From the NCBI GenBank assembly GCA_947577075.1, contig CANPTW010000005.1, positions 2,890-66,889 on the forward strand: a DNA stretch of 64,000 nucleotides. The letters run 5' to 3'. The translations under genes were made by a program, and so were the position numbers. The DNA is from an uncultured Oscillibacter sp. (GTDB lineage Bacteria; Bacillota; Clostridia; Oscillospirales; Oscillospiraceae). The notes under the pieces were generated by a model. The model did no database searches. It saw only the letters and a list, made by a program, of their open reading frames with translations, and had not been told where the DNA came from. Shown piece by piece: positions 27,295-37,509 of the stretch (position 1 is its first letter; every line of letters starts with the position of its first letter).

Positions 27295-28806
27295 ATGGCG
27301 TGGGAAATAATCTGGAACAGCTTGCTCAGCGTGTGTACGCCGGTCAACCTGTTTATTCTGACGGCCAGCACCATCATAGGCATCACCATTGGGGCGATGC
27401 CGGGCCTTACCGCCACGATGGGCGTCGCCCTGGCACTGCCGCTGACCTTCGCAATGGACCCGGTTTCCTCCCTGATTTTGCTGATCGGAATTTACTGCGG
27501 CGGAATTTACGGCGGCAGCATTACGGCAATCCTGATGAAAACCCCCGGCACGCCGGCCGCCGCCGCCACTGCCATCGACGGCTTTGAGCTGGCCAAACAG
27601 GGAAAGGCAAGGAAGGCCTTGGAGATGGCCCTGTGGGCCTCCGTGTTCGGCGGAATCGCCTCTTTCTTTGCGCTGATTTTAATTGCGCCGCAGCTTGCGA
27701 AGTTTGCGCTGAAGTTCGGCCCGCCGGAGCTGGCCTGCCTGGCGCTGTTCGGCCTTACCATCATCATCAGCATGTCCTCCGGATCTCTGATCAAGGGCCT
27801 GATCGCCGGCTGCATCGGGCTTGGCATGAGCTTCATCGGCATCGACAAGATTGAAAGCTGTGTCCGTTTTGGCTTTGGAAACGCCGACCTGATGAACGGC
27901 CTGCGGCTGGTTCCCTGTATGATCGGCATGTTTGCCATGAGCCAGGTATTCACCCAGTTTGAGGATATCTTTGCCAACGAGGGGAAAATTGTCCCCAAAA
28001 TTGTGGCGGGAGAGCGGCTGGCGTTTCGGGAGTTCTTTGCGGAGCTTGGGAACCTGATCCGCGGCTCGGTCATTGGCATCCTGGTGGGGGCTATGCCCGG
28101 CACCGGCTCCACGATTGCCAGTTTTCTCAATTACAACGAGGCAAAGCGCACGTCCAAGGACCGCGAAAACATCGGAAAAGGGAGCCTGTCGGGCGTTTGC
28201 GCCAGCGAGGTGGCGAACAATGCCGTTACCGGCGCCGCGTTCATTCCGCTGCTGACCCTGGGGATTCCCGGCGACGTGACGACCGCGGTGATTCTGGGCG
28301 CCCTGATGATGCAGGGCCTGATCCCCGGCACCGCCCTGTTTACGGAGCACCAGGAGTTTGTCTATCCCACTATGCTGGCGTTTTTGCTTGCCAATATTGC
28401 TATGGGCATTTGCGGCACGGCGCTGATCGGCATTTTCTCCCGCATTGTGGAGATTCCGGGCAAGTGCCTTACCCCCGTCATTGCGGCGCTGTGTGTGATT
28501 GGCTCCTATGCCATCAATAACTCCTTCTTTGACGTGACCGTCATGATCGTCTGCGCCTTTGCGGGCTATTTGCTGCCCAAGGCCGGGTTCCCCACGGTGC
28601 CGATCCTCATTGGATTTATCCTGGGGCCCGTGTTTGAAACGAACTTCCGAAACGCCTTGATCATGTCAAAGGGGAGCTATCTCATTTTTGTGACCCGGCC
28701 GATTGCGCTGTTCTTCCTGGCGGTTGCCGGCATTTTCCTTGGGATGGCTATGGTAAAAACATATAAAGCGTCCAAAACGATGCAGGAGCGGGAGGTGATG
28801 GAATGA
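27295..28806 (+). CDS. tctA: TTT large permease
   Basis: GAMPGLTATMG, YGGSITAIL…PGTP, EVANNA and LTLGIPG. Confidence 0.95.
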   Translation: MAWEIIWNSLLSVCTPVNLFILTASTIIGITIGAMPGLTATMGVALALPLTFAMDPVSSLILLIGIYCGGIYGGSITAILMKTPGTPAAAATAIDGFELAKQGKARKALEMALWASVFGGIASFFALILIAPQLAKFALKFGPPELACLALFGLTIIISMSSGSLIKGLIAGCIGLGMSFIGIDKIESCVRFGFGNADLMNGLRLVPCMIGMFAMSQVFTQFEDIFANEGKIVPKIVAGERLAFREFFAELGNLIRGSVIGILVGAMPGTGSTIASFLNYNEAKRTSKDRENIGKGSLSGVCASEVANNAVTGAAFIPLLTLGIPGDVTTAVILGALMMQGLIPGTALFTEHQEFVYPTMLAFLLANIAMGICGTALIGIFSRIVEIPGKCLTPVIAALCVIGSYAINNSFFDVTVMIVCAFAGYLLPKAGFPTVPILIGFILGPVFETNFRNALIMSKGSYLIFVTRPIALFFLAVAGIFLGMAMVKTYKASKTMQEREVME

Positions 28807-28962
28807 AAGCGGCTGCGGAGAGCCGCATCGGGGGAAGCGGCGGCGCTCCCTGCAGGGACGGCCGGACCGCGTGCGCGGCCGTCCGCCGGCGGGCGCCGGG
28901 CATGCCTGACCGGCTGCTTCGCTTCGGGAAGGACGGAAGGCTTTGATACAAAGGAGGATGCT

Positions 28963-29937
28963 GTGAAAGTATTAGTGACAGGGGCGGGCTTCTGTAAGCC
29001 GGTCATGGCGGGCAACCTGGAATATTTAAGGAGCTTTGCAGACGAGGTAATCAACTTTGCCGCCGCCAGGCCGCACACCGCAGAGGAGATCATGGGAGTG
29101 TGGGACGGTGTGGACGGGATTATCGCCGGGCTGGAGCCCTATACGGCCGAGGTGCTGGAGAAGGCGCCCCCCACGCTGAAGGTCATCTCCCGCTATGGCG
29201 TGGGCGTCAACAACATTGATTTGGAGGCCGCCGGGAAGCGGGGGATTTTGGTCACCAACACGCCGGGCGCAAACTCCATGGCCGTGGCGGAGATGACGGT
29301 GGGGCTGATGCTGGCCGTGGTGCGCCGCATCCCCGCGGACAGCGCCGCGGTGAAAGCGGGAAGGTGGGAGCGGGAAATGTCCGTCGGCCTGGAGGGCAGG
29401 ACGCTGGGCATCCTGGGCCTGGGCGCTATCGGCAGGCATGTCGCCAGGGTATCCGGGGCCCTGGGGATGCACGTGGCCGCGTACGATCCCTTTTGGCCGG
29501 AGCGCTTTGCCGAGGAATGCGGCGTTGCCCGGAAGATGAGCGTTGACGAGGTCCTGAGGGTGAGCGATGTGGTTTCGCTGCATCTGCCGGCCATGGAGGG
29601 CACCTTTGATATAATCAACCGGGAAAGCATCGCCGGGATGAAGGACGGGGCCTATCTGATCAATGCCGCCCGGGGCGAGCTGGTGGATATGGACGCGGTA
29701 TACGAGGCGCTTAAAAGCGGCAAGCTGGCGGGCTATGGCGCGGACGCCTTTAAGCGGGAGCCCCCCGAACGGCACCCCATTATGGGGCTTTCCAATGTGG
29801 TCATGACGGCCCATACCGGCGCGTTTACCGAGCAGGCGGCCATCCATATGGGCCGGGATGCGATTGACAACCTGCGGACGGCGCTGGAAACCGGAGACTG
29901 CCCCACGGCCGTAAACAGAAAGAAGGGCCCGCTGTGA
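28963..29937 (+). CDS. D-isomer-specific 2-hydroxyacid dehydrogenase (SerA-like)
   Basis: RYGVGVNNID, GLGAIG, INAARG and TAHTG. Confidence 0.9.
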   Translation: MKVLVTGAGFCKPVMAGNLEYLRSFADEVINFAAARPHTAEEIMGVWDGVDGIIAGLEPYTAEVLEKAPPTLKVISRYGVGVNNIDLEAAGKRGILVTNTPGANSMAVAEMTVGLMLAVVRRIPADSAAVKAGRWEREMSVGLEGRTLGILGLGAIGRHVARVSGALGMHVAAYDPFWPERFAEECGVARKMSVDEVLRVSDVVSLHLPAMEGTFDIINRESIAGMKDGAYLINAARGELVDMDAVYEALKSGKLAGYGADAFKREPPERHPIMGLSNVVMTAHTGAFTEQAAIHMGRDAIDNLRTALETGDCPTAVNRKKGPL

Positions 29938-30007
29938 TCCGCGGATTTGAAATGGGGCGGCCGCTTTCGGGGAACGGCTGCCGGCGAGCGGGGCGCGCGC
30001 AGACTCC

Positions 30008-30169
30008 GGGCTCTGTTTGAGAAATGCCGAAAGGCCCGAACGGCGGATCTTTTTCCGGCACTCCGGGCTAACGCTTCTTGCCGGGCGGCGGCCCGCCCGC
30101 AAAAATCTGCCTTGATTGGCGGAAAGATCTCTCGCCGCCGGGCATTCCGCCAATACTCAAACAGGGCCT
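30008..30169. repeat. MITE-like element with 14-bp terminal inverted repeats
   Basis: GGGCTCTGTTTGAG…CTCAAACAGGGCCT; homologous to 46105-46264. Confidence 0.75.
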
Positions 30170-30212
30170 AACCTTCCGTTGGAGGAACGAGAATCGCAAA
30201 GGGGGAGTTTCT

Positions 30213-31031
30213 TTGAAACATATTTTCTTGAATTTAAAGCGCTTTGATATTCCCAGGGAGCTGGGCGGCGTTAACGCCGTCGCCGCTCCCTCCGAGTGGG
30301 CGGAGTACATCGTCAGGTCCGTGGATGAGGCATTGTCCGTTTACGGCGAAAAGGGGGAGTTTGTGATTTTTTTTCCGGAGGCGCACATTCTCCCCGCGGC
30401 AAGGGCCGGCATGCGGCACTGCGTTTTAGGCTGCCAGGGCGTGTTCCGCGAAGATGTGGCAAAGGGGGGAAATTTTGGGGCCTTCACCACCGGGCGGACC
30501 GCAAAGAGCATGGCGGCGCTGGGCTGCAGGTACGCCATCATCGGCCACTGCGAAGAGCGCCGGGACCTGACGGCGGTGATGACCCTGGGCGGCGGAACAT
30601 CCGAAGGCGTGCACGGTATTTTAAACCGTGAGGCGCTGCGGGCGGAGGAGGCCGGCTTGAAGGTGCTGTTCTGCGTCGGCGAGAATGCGGACGAGACGGA
30701 CCGCTGGGAGGAAGTGATACGCCGGCAGGTGCAGGAGGGCCTGGCCAACACGGATTTGCGCAATGTGGTCGTCGGCTATGAGCCGCTGTGGGCCATAGGC
30801 CCCGGCCGCCCTGTGCCGGCGGCGGAGGATATTCGGCGCGTTGCCCGCTTTATCAAAAGCCTTGTGGACTGCCCGGTGGTCTACGGCGGTGGGCTGAAGG
30901 AAGAAAACGCCGCCATGATTGCGGCGATTCCGGAAATGGACGGGGGACTCATCGCGCTGACGCGTTTCCAGGGGGAAATCGGCTTCTATCCGGATGAGTA
31001 CCTGCGGATTATCCGCAGCTACCTGGAATAA
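30213..31031 (+). CDS. Divergent triosephosphate isomerase family protein
   Basis: NLKR, GAFT, IIGHCEER, YEPLWAIG and VYGGG; TTG start. Confidence 0.85.
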   Translation: MKHIFLNLKRFDIPRELGGVNAVAAPSEWAEYIVRSVDEALSVYGEKGEFVIFFPEAHILPAARAGMRHCVLGCQGVFREDVAKGGNFGAFTTGRTAKSMAALGCRYAIIGHCEERRDLTAVMTLGGGTSEGVHGILNREALRAEEAGLKVLFCVGENADETDRWEEVIRRQVQEGLANTDLRNVVVGYEPLWAIGPGRPVPAAEDIRRVARFIKSLVDCPVVYGGGLKEENAAMIAAIPEMDGGLIALTRFQGEIGFYPDEYLRIIRSYLE

Positions 31032-31087
31032 ACGGGGAAGAGCGGCAGGGGGCTTGGCCCGTGGGCGTTTTCCAGGGGGGTGAGGAG

Positions 31088-32023
31088 ATGGGGGCGTTTG
31101 CGTTTTGCGCAGAATTGATCGTTATGATGGGCGCGGGAGCCGCGGCGGGAAGGCTGGGGATTGCGGACGACCGATTCATCGAGGGGTTTTCGGAAGTCCT
31201 TACCAGGCTTTTGATTCCCTGCATGGCGGTTTCCGTGATGATCCGGCAGTATTCGCCGGACGCGCTGGCAAAGGGCCTCGGCATGATGACGGGCTGTGTC
31301 CTGGTTCTGCTGGCGGGGGCGGCCGCCGGGGCGTTCGTCGGATTGGTCCGGAGAAAAAGCGATGATCTTTCAGCGGTCCTGCTGCCCTGCGTCATGTTTA
31401 TCAACGCGAATTTTATTGGCTTTCCCGTCATTCAGGCGCTGTACGGCGAGGAATCGCTGGTATATGCGAATTTCTTCATGATACCGTACCGGCTGCTGTT
31501 CTACACCCTGATGCCGATGCTCTTCAAGGGCATTTCCGGAAGCGGCGCCCGGGAGCTGTTCCGCTCCGTTCTGCGGGCGGCCAATAACCCGGGGGTGTGC
31601 GCCACGGCCGCCGGGCTGGTCATAGCGGTGCTGGAACTCCCGGTTCCCGGGCCGGTGCTGGCCTCCTTGACCCGCCTGGGCGACGCGGCGCTGCCCCTGG
31701 GCATGATGGCCTGCGGAATGTACATCAGCCAGGGGGGCTTTCCCAGCGCGCTTTTGAGTCCCGGCTGTCTGGCGGCGGCAGCCTGCCGGAATTTACTGGT
31801 TCCGCTGATCGTCTGGGGACTGCTCTGCCGGGCGGATATCGATCCTTTGGTATTTCGGGAACTTGTAATTTTTGCGGCGCTGCCGATTCCAAGCATGGCG
31901 GCGCTCTTTGCCAAGCAATATGGACGCAACGCGGAGCTGGCGGCCTCCATGGTGTTTGTCAGCACGGCGCTGTCGGTTGTGACGCTGCCCCTGTGGGGGG
32001 AGCTGCTGCGGAGGTTTGCGTGA
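31088..32023 (+). CDS. AEC (auxin efflux carrier) family transporter
   Basis: NANFIGFP, NPG and ASMVFVSTALSVVTLP; about 10 TM segments. Confidence 0.85.
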   Translation: MGAFAFCAELIVMMGAGAAAGRLGIADDRFIEGFSEVLTRLLIPCMAVSVMIRQYSPDALAKGLGMMTGCVLVLLAGAAAGAFVGLVRRKSDDLSAVLLPCVMFINANFIGFPVIQALYGEESLVYANFFMIPYRLLFYTLMPMLFKGISGSGARELFRSVLRAANNPGVCATAAGLVIAVLELPVPGPVLASLTRLGDAALPLGMMACGMYISQGGFPSALLSPGCLAAAACRNLLVPLIVWGLLCRADIDPLVFRELVIFAALPIPSMAALFAKQYGRNAELAASMVFVSTALSVVTLPLWGELLRRFA

Positions 32024-32083
32024 GCTCCGTGCCCTTCGGCTGCGTTCGCCGCATCCGACAGGGCCGGACCGAGGGGGGATTTT

Positions 32084-33781
32084 ATGAAAGAAAAAGCGTA
32101 CAGAAGCGACCGAATGAAGACGGGACATGCAAATGCCGGAAACCGGGCCTTTCTCTATGGCGTGGGATTGGACCGGGAGGAGATCCGGAAGCCCTTTATC
32201 GGGATTGCCAACACTTGGAACGAGCTTCATCCCGGCCACAAGCATCTTAGAGAGCTGTCCGCCGCCGTAAAGGAGGGCGTTCTTTCCGGCGGGGGGCAAC
32301 CCTTTGAATTCAACACCATCGCCCTGTGCGACGGATTGGCGCAGGGCCACTCCGGCATGTGTTATGTGCTGCCCAGCCGGGATCTGATTGCGGACTCCGT
32401 GGAAGTCAACGCCTACGCGCATTGTTTGGACGGCCTTGTGCTGATCGCGAGCTGTGACAAAATCGTCCCCGCCATGGCAATGGCGGCAGGCCGGATCAAC
32501 ATCCCCGCGATCATCGTTACCGGAGGGCCCATGCTGGGCGGCGCCTTCGAGGGCAGGCGCATGGGCGGCGGCTGGATGGTCCGGGAGGCATCCAGCCGCG
32601 TGATGCGGGGAGAGCTGTCTGAAGAGGACTATGAGCGCATGCAGAAGAGCGTGTGCGACGGCGTGGGCTCCTGCCCCATGATGGGGACCGCGAATACCAT
32701 GTCCTGTCTGATGGAGGTGCTGGGACTTTCCCTGCCGGGGTGCGGGGCCTGCCATGCGGTGACGGCGGAAAAGCTGCGCTATGCCCGCCGCAGCGGAAAA
32801 CGCATTATGGAAATGGTGGAGCGGGATATCAAGCCCCGCGATTATATCACGGAGCCGGCGTTTGCCAATGCCCTGCGCGTCGGCGCCGCGATTGGCGGGT
32901 CGACCAATATGCTGATCCATATGCCGGCCATTGCGGATTCCTTTGGATATACGCTGACGCCGGAGCAGTTCGACCGTATAGGCGACACGACGCCCTTCCT
33001 CGTCAATGTGATTCCGTCCGGAAAATTTACCATGCGGGAATTTGAGCAGGCCGGAGGCGTTCCGGCCGTGATGAAGGAATTGGGCGAGGAGTATCTGGAC
33101 CTGGGGCAGAGGACGGCTTCCGGGCGGACTTGGGCGCAGGAGCTGGAAGCGTGCCCCGGGAGCGCCTGTTCAGAGGTGATCGCCGGCAAGGACCGGCCTC
33201 TGCGCAGGGACAGCGGGCTGTGCGTGCTGAGGGGGAATTTGGCCCCTGTCGGCGCGGTTATCAAGCGGACCGCCGTAGATCCCGGGATGCTCTGCCACCG
33301 GGGTCCCGCGCGGGTGTTTGACTGCGAGGAGGCGGCGGTGGACGCAATCAAATCAGGACAGATCCGCGCCGGAGACGTTGTGGTGATCCGCTACGAGGGG
33401 CCCAAAGGGGGCCCGGGCATGCGGGAAATGCAAAATCCCGTGACGGCGATGATCAGCTACGGCTTGAGCGGCTGTGCCGCCCTGCTGACGGACGGCCGCT
33501 TCTCCGGCGCCAGCCATGGCCCCTGTATTGGACATGTGGCTCCGGAGGCGGCGGAGGGCGGGCCCATTGCCCTGGTGCGGGAAGGAGATCTGATTTCCAT
33601 TGATATCCCCAGCAAGTCGCTGACGCTGGAGGTTTCGGAGGAGGAGCTGGAGAAGAGGAGAAGGGAGTGGACGCCGGCGCCGCCCAAGGCCGTGAGCCGC
33701 TATCTGGAGCGCTTCCGTTTTCTGGTGACGGACGCCTGGAGGGGGGCGGTTATGGAAGTGCCCCGGCGGCCGGAGGAATGA
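32084..33781 (+). CDS. IlvD/Edd-family dehydratase (probably sugar-acid)
   Basis: CDGLAQGH, CDKIVP, GTANTM, YEGPKGGPGM and TDGRFSG. Confidence 0.92.
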   Translation: MKEKAYRSDRMKTGHANAGNRAFLYGVGLDREEIRKPFIGIANTWNELHPGHKHLRELSAAVKEGVLSGGGQPFEFNTIALCDGLAQGHSGMCYVLPSRDLIADSVEVNAYAHCLDGLVLIASCDKIVPAMAMAAGRINIPAIIVTGGPMLGGAFEGRRMGGGWMVREASSRVMRGELSEEDYERMQKSVCDGVGSCPMMGTANTMSCLMEVLGLSLPGCGACHAVTAEKLRYARRSGKRIMEMVERDIKPRDYITEPAFANALRVGAAIGGSTNMLIHMPAIADSFGYTLTPEQFDRIGDTTPFLVNVIPSGKFTMREFEQAGGVPAVMKELGEEYLDLGQRTASGRTWAQELEACPGSACSEVIAGKDRPLRRDSGLCVLRGNLAPVGAVIKRTAVDPGMLCHRGPARVFDCEEAAVDAIKSGQIRAGDVVVIRYEGPKGGPGMREMQNPVTAMISYGLSGCAALLTDGRFSGASHGPCIGHVAPEAAEGGPIALVREGDLISIDIPSKSLTLEVSEEELEKRRREWTPAPPKAVSRYLERFRFLVTDAWRGAVMEVPRRPEE

Positions 33782-33826
33782 GGCTGGCGCGGAACGCACA
33801 TCCGCATATCAGGACAGGAGGTTATT

Positions 33827-34300
33827 ATGAAAATTCTCGTCGGCGCCGATAAGGGCGGTTTTCATTTAAAGGAGGCGGTACTGGCTCATTTGCGGGAGTC
33901 CGGTGTGGAATACGAGGACGTGGGCACGGTCGCCCTGGATGCGTGTAAGGACTTTACTTCCATCGCGGCCGGGGTGGGCGAGCGGATTTCAGCCGGGACG
34001 GCGGAGCGGGCCGTTTTAATCTGCGGGACCGGCATGGGAATGGCCATTGCCGCCAACAAGTTCAAAGGCGTGCGGGCCGCGGTGGTGGAGAGCCAATATG
34101 CCGCGGGCTATGCGCGAAAGATCAACGACGCCAATGTATTGTGCCTGGGCGGGTTTATCGTCGGCCCCGGCATGGGATGCGAAATCGTGGATACCTTTTT
34201 GGGAACGGGCTTTGTGGAGGGGTTCCCGCAGTGGCGCACAGATTTTCTGACCGGCCAGAAGAAACGGCTGGAGGAGTTGGAGCGGACGCAGTTTCGCTGA
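33827..34300 (+). CDS. RpiB/LacAB-family sugar-phosphate isomerase
   Basis: ICGTGMGMAIAANK and NDANVLCLG. Confidence 0.92.
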   Translation: MKILVGADKGGFHLKEAVLAHLRESGVEYEDVGTVALDACKDFTSIAAGVGERISAGTAERAVLICGTGMGMAIAANKFKGVRAAVVESQYAAGYARKINDANVLCLGGFIVGPGMGCEIVDTFLGTGFVEGFPQWRTDFLTGQKKRLEELERTQFR

Positions 34301-34317
34301 GAGCAGGAGGAGAGAAG

Positions 34318-35619
34318 ATGCCTTGTGAGGAGCTTTTGCGCGGTATTCCGCTGCCCAGACTGGCGCCGGTGCGCCAAAAATTTGATGCGGAGCGGATCGG
34401 GGATATCCCCGCGGCAGTGGCGCGGGCGCTGGAACGGGCGGGAACCCTGGACCGGATAAGGCCCGGAATGCGGGTGGCCGTCAGCGGCGGCAGCCGGGGC
34501 ATTGCCAACATCGCCCTGATTCTCAGGAGCGTGGCGGCCCTGGTCAGGGAGCGGGGGGCGGAACCCTTTGTAGTGCCCGCGATGGGAAGCCACGGCGGCG
34601 GAACGGCGGAGGGCCAGACACGGGTTCTGGCGGCGCTTGGAATAACCGAGGAATACCTGAACTGCCCCATTTATTCCTGCATGGAGCCCGTGGAGATAGG
34701 GGTTACGGCGAGCGGAGCCGCCGCGATGTTTGACCGGCACGCCTGGCAGGCGGACGCGACCATTGTTGTCAATCGGGTGAAGGAGCACCCCGCGTTCTTC
34801 CATCGGATTGAAAGCGGACTTGCCAAGATGATTGTCATCGGCCTGGGCAAGCAGAAGGGCGCGGACCAGTGCCACCGGACGCATATTCATCTGCTGGGTC
34901 CGCTGATTGAGGAAATCGCGGCGTTTGTGATTCCCCGGAGCAACATTGCCTTTGCCCTTGGAATTATTGAAAACGCCTATGACGAGACTTGCATGCTGCG
35001 GGCCGTTCCGGCGGAGCGGATTCTGGAGGAAGAGCCGCTGCTGCTGAAGGAGTCGCGGGCCAGGATGCCGGCCATCTATCCCGGGCGGTTCGACGTGCTT
35101 GTCATGGATCAAATTGGAAAGAACATCTGCGGGGCGGGCTATGACACCAAGGTGGTAGGGCGTTTTCCCAATCCGGCGGTTCCGGATACGGCGGTATTCA
35201 GCCGCATGGCGGTGCTGCGCCTGACGGAGGAGAGCCACGGGAACGCTATGGGCATCGGCAACGCGGACGTCTGTGCCGGCCGGATCGTGGAAGAGATGGA
35301 TTATGAACAGTCCTATATGAATTCCCTGACCAGCCTGACGCCGTTTTCCTGCAAGGTCCCCATGCACTTTCCCACGGACCGCCTGGTGCTCCAGGCGGCG
35401 ATAAAGCTCTGCCCGGATTTGCCGGCTCCCCGGGATGTGCGCATGGTGCGTATTCATAATACGCGTACCTTGGGGCGCATCTGGATTTCTGAAAACATGC
35501 TGGGGGAGGCTGCGGAGGATGAACGGATGGAAATACTCGGGGACCCCGCGCCGTTTTCATTTGACGCCCAGGGGAATTTGACGGATTTGCAGGGGCGTTC
35601 CGGACGGCAATCAATATAA
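34318..35619 (+). CDS. Second LarA-domain (DUF2088-like) protein
   Basis: GSRGIANI, PAMGSHGG, NRVKEH and ESGLAKMIVIGLGKQKGA. Confidence 0.8.
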   Translation: MPCEELLRGIPLPRLAPVRQKFDAERIGDIPAAVARALERAGTLDRIRPGMRVAVSGGSRGIANIALILRSVAALVRERGAEPFVVPAMGSHGGGTAEGQTRVLAALGITEEYLNCPIYSCMEPVEIGVTASGAAAMFDRHAWQADATIVVNRVKEHPAFFHRIESGLAKMIVIGLGKQKGADQCHRTHIHLLGPLIEEIAAFVIPRSNIAFALGIIENAYDETCMLRAVPAERILEEEPLLLKESRARMPAIYPGRFDVLVMDQIGKNICGAGYDTKVVGRFPNPAVPDTAVFSRMAVLRLTEESHGNAMGIGNADVCAGRIVEEMDYEQSYMNSLTSLTPFSCKVPMHFPTDRLVLQAAIKLCPDLPAPRDVRMVRIHNTRTLGRIWISENMLGEAAEDERMEILGDPAPFSFDAQGNLTDLQGRSGRQSI

Positions 35620-35631
35620 GGAGGTTTCAAT

Positions 35632-37158
35632 ATGGCAGCGCAGAGCAATCCCACGATTCGCCTTGATCCCTTGGATAATGTGGTCGTAGCCAGGGAGGAC
35701 ATTCCGGCCGGCGCCTATATCGCGGCGGAGGGGATCACAACGCTTGACGAGATTCCAAGAGGGTATAAAGTTGCCGCCCGGCCAATTCGCAAGGGCGAGA
35801 GCATTCTGAAATATAATACGGCCATCGGCTGCGCCGTATCGGATATCCGGCCGGGAGCGCTTATGCACAACCACAATATCAGCATGGACGACGTCGATAA
35901 GGATTACGCGTTTTCCAGGGAGTATGTGCCGACCGCGTACGTCCCCCGGGACCGGCGCCCAACGTTTCAGGGCTTCGTGCGGCCAAACGGCAAGGTGGGC
36001 ACCCGGAACTATATCGGTGTTTTTACCGCCAGCAATTGCGCCGCGACGGCGGCGCGCAGAATCGCCGGCTACTTTACGCCGGAGCGGCTGAAGGCATATC
36101 CCCGTGTGGACGGGGTGGTTCCCTTTATCATTGACGGCGGCTGCGGGCTGCCCTATGGGGAGCCGCTGGAGCTGCTGCGGCGCTGTATCGGGGGCTATAT
36201 CAAGCATCCCAACCTGGCCGGCGCGGTGGTTTGCGCCCTGGGCTGTGAGCGAAACAATATTGACGGAATGTTTGAAGCGCTCGGCCTGGAGGAGTCCGAT
36301 ACCCTCAAGCGCCTGGTCCTTCAGGAGATGGGAGGGACCCGCAAAACGGTGGAGCGCGGAATCGCCGAAATCGAGAAACTGCTGCCCATAGCCAATCAGG
36401 CGGCGCGCACGCCGGTGTCCGTGGAGCACCTGACGATAGCGCTTGAGTGCGGCGGCAGCGACGGCTTTTCCGGCCTTTCGGCGAATCCGGCCTTGGGCGC
36501 GGCTGTGGATATTCTGATCCGCAATGGCGGCACGGCGCTTTTGTCGGAAACGACGGAGATCTTTGGCGTGGAGCATACGCTGACCCGCCGGGCGGTTACG
36601 CCGGAGGTGGGCCGGAAGCTGGTGGAGCGGATGGAATGGTGGCTGAAATACTCCGCGGGGAGCGACGTGCAGATCAACGGAAAAGTCTCGCCGGGAAACA
36701 ACCGGGGCGGGATTACCAACATTTTGGAAAAATCGCTGGGCGGCGTAAAAAAGGGCGGCGGGACCGGCTTGATGGATGTGATCGAATATGCGCAGCCCGT
36801 CACGGCGCGGGGATTGATTTTCATGGACTCTCCCGGCTTTGACCCTGTGGCGGCGACCGGGCAGGTGGCCGCCGGCGCCAACCTCATTGCGTTTACCACG
36901 GGGCGGGGCTCGTGCTACGGCGGCGTTCCGGCGCCCTGCATTAAGCTGGCGACCAATACGCCCATGTACCGGGTCATGGAGGAAGATATGGACATCAACT
37001 GCGGAGTCATTATTGACGGAGATAAAACCCCGGCGGAGCTGGGGGAGGAGATCTTCCGCCGCATGCTTCAAGTGGCCTCGGGAGAGAAGAGCAAAAGCGA
37101 GCTCCTGGGCGTGGGGGAAGACGAATTTCAGCCCTGGAATATTGGAATCATTTCCTAG
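35632..37158 (+). CDS. UxaA/GarD-family sugar-acid dehydratase with SAF domain
   Basis: DNVVVA, GTRNY, ECGGSD, SPGN…GG…LEKSLG and FTTGRG. Confidence 0.92.
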   Translation: MAAQSNPTIRLDPLDNVVVAREDIPAGAYIAAEGITTLDEIPRGYKVAARPIRKGESILKYNTAIGCAVSDIRPGALMHNHNISMDDVDKDYAFSREYVPTAYVPRDRRPTFQGFVRPNGKVGTRNYIGVFTASNCAATAARRIAGYFTPERLKAYPRVDGVVPFIIDGGCGLPYGEPLELLRRCIGGYIKHPNLAGAVVCALGCERNNIDGMFEALGLEESDTLKRLVLQEMGGTRKTVERGIAEIEKLLPIANQAARTPVSVEHLTIALECGGSDGFSGLSANPALGAAVDILIRNGGTALLSETTEIFGVEHTLTRRAVTPEVGRKLVERMEWWLKYSAGSDVQINGKVSPGNNRGGITNILEKSLGGVKKGGGTGLMDVIEYAQPVTARGLIFMDSPGFDPVAATGQVAAGANLIAFTTGRGSCYGGVPAPCIKLATNTPMYRVMEEDMDINCGVIIDGDKTPAELGEEIFRRMLQVASGEKSKSELLGVGEDEFQPWNIGIIS

Positions 37159-37509
37159 GGCCTGTTCCCATATAGTCAACGCAGTTGAAAAGAAGCATAC
37201 CCTTCTTTTCAACCGGCGGGCCATAGGCCCGCCGGGGCGCAAAGCGCCTGTGCGTTTCCTATGAAGGCAAGCACCGTGAGCCGCTCACGCGGCTTACGGC
37301 GCTGTAAAACAGCGCCGCATGGAAAAGAATCCTTTGGACTCTTTTCAACTGTGCTGACTATAAACCAACTGTGGGGATTTCCGAGGAAATGTTTGCCGGA
37401 TGCAAGGCAAAAATCTGCGGGCGGGCGGCCGCCCGGCAAAAATTTTTAACGCCGCAGACGACAAAATTTGCCGGAAAGACGCGGGCTTGGGTTGATGGGA
37501 ACAGGTCCT
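37157..37509. mobile_element. MITE-like element carrying a second, nested MITE (37171-37362)
   Basis: Outer TIR AGGGCCTGTTCCCA/TGGGAACAGGTCCT; inner TIR TATAGTCAACGCAGTTGAAAAG/CTTTTCAACTGTGCTGACTATA. Confidence 0.75.

Noticed and set aside
32084-33781. Housekeeping ilvD (and dapA at 21560, serA at 28963)
   Set aside because: The sugar-acid catabolic context argues for paralogs, so gene symbols were withheld.
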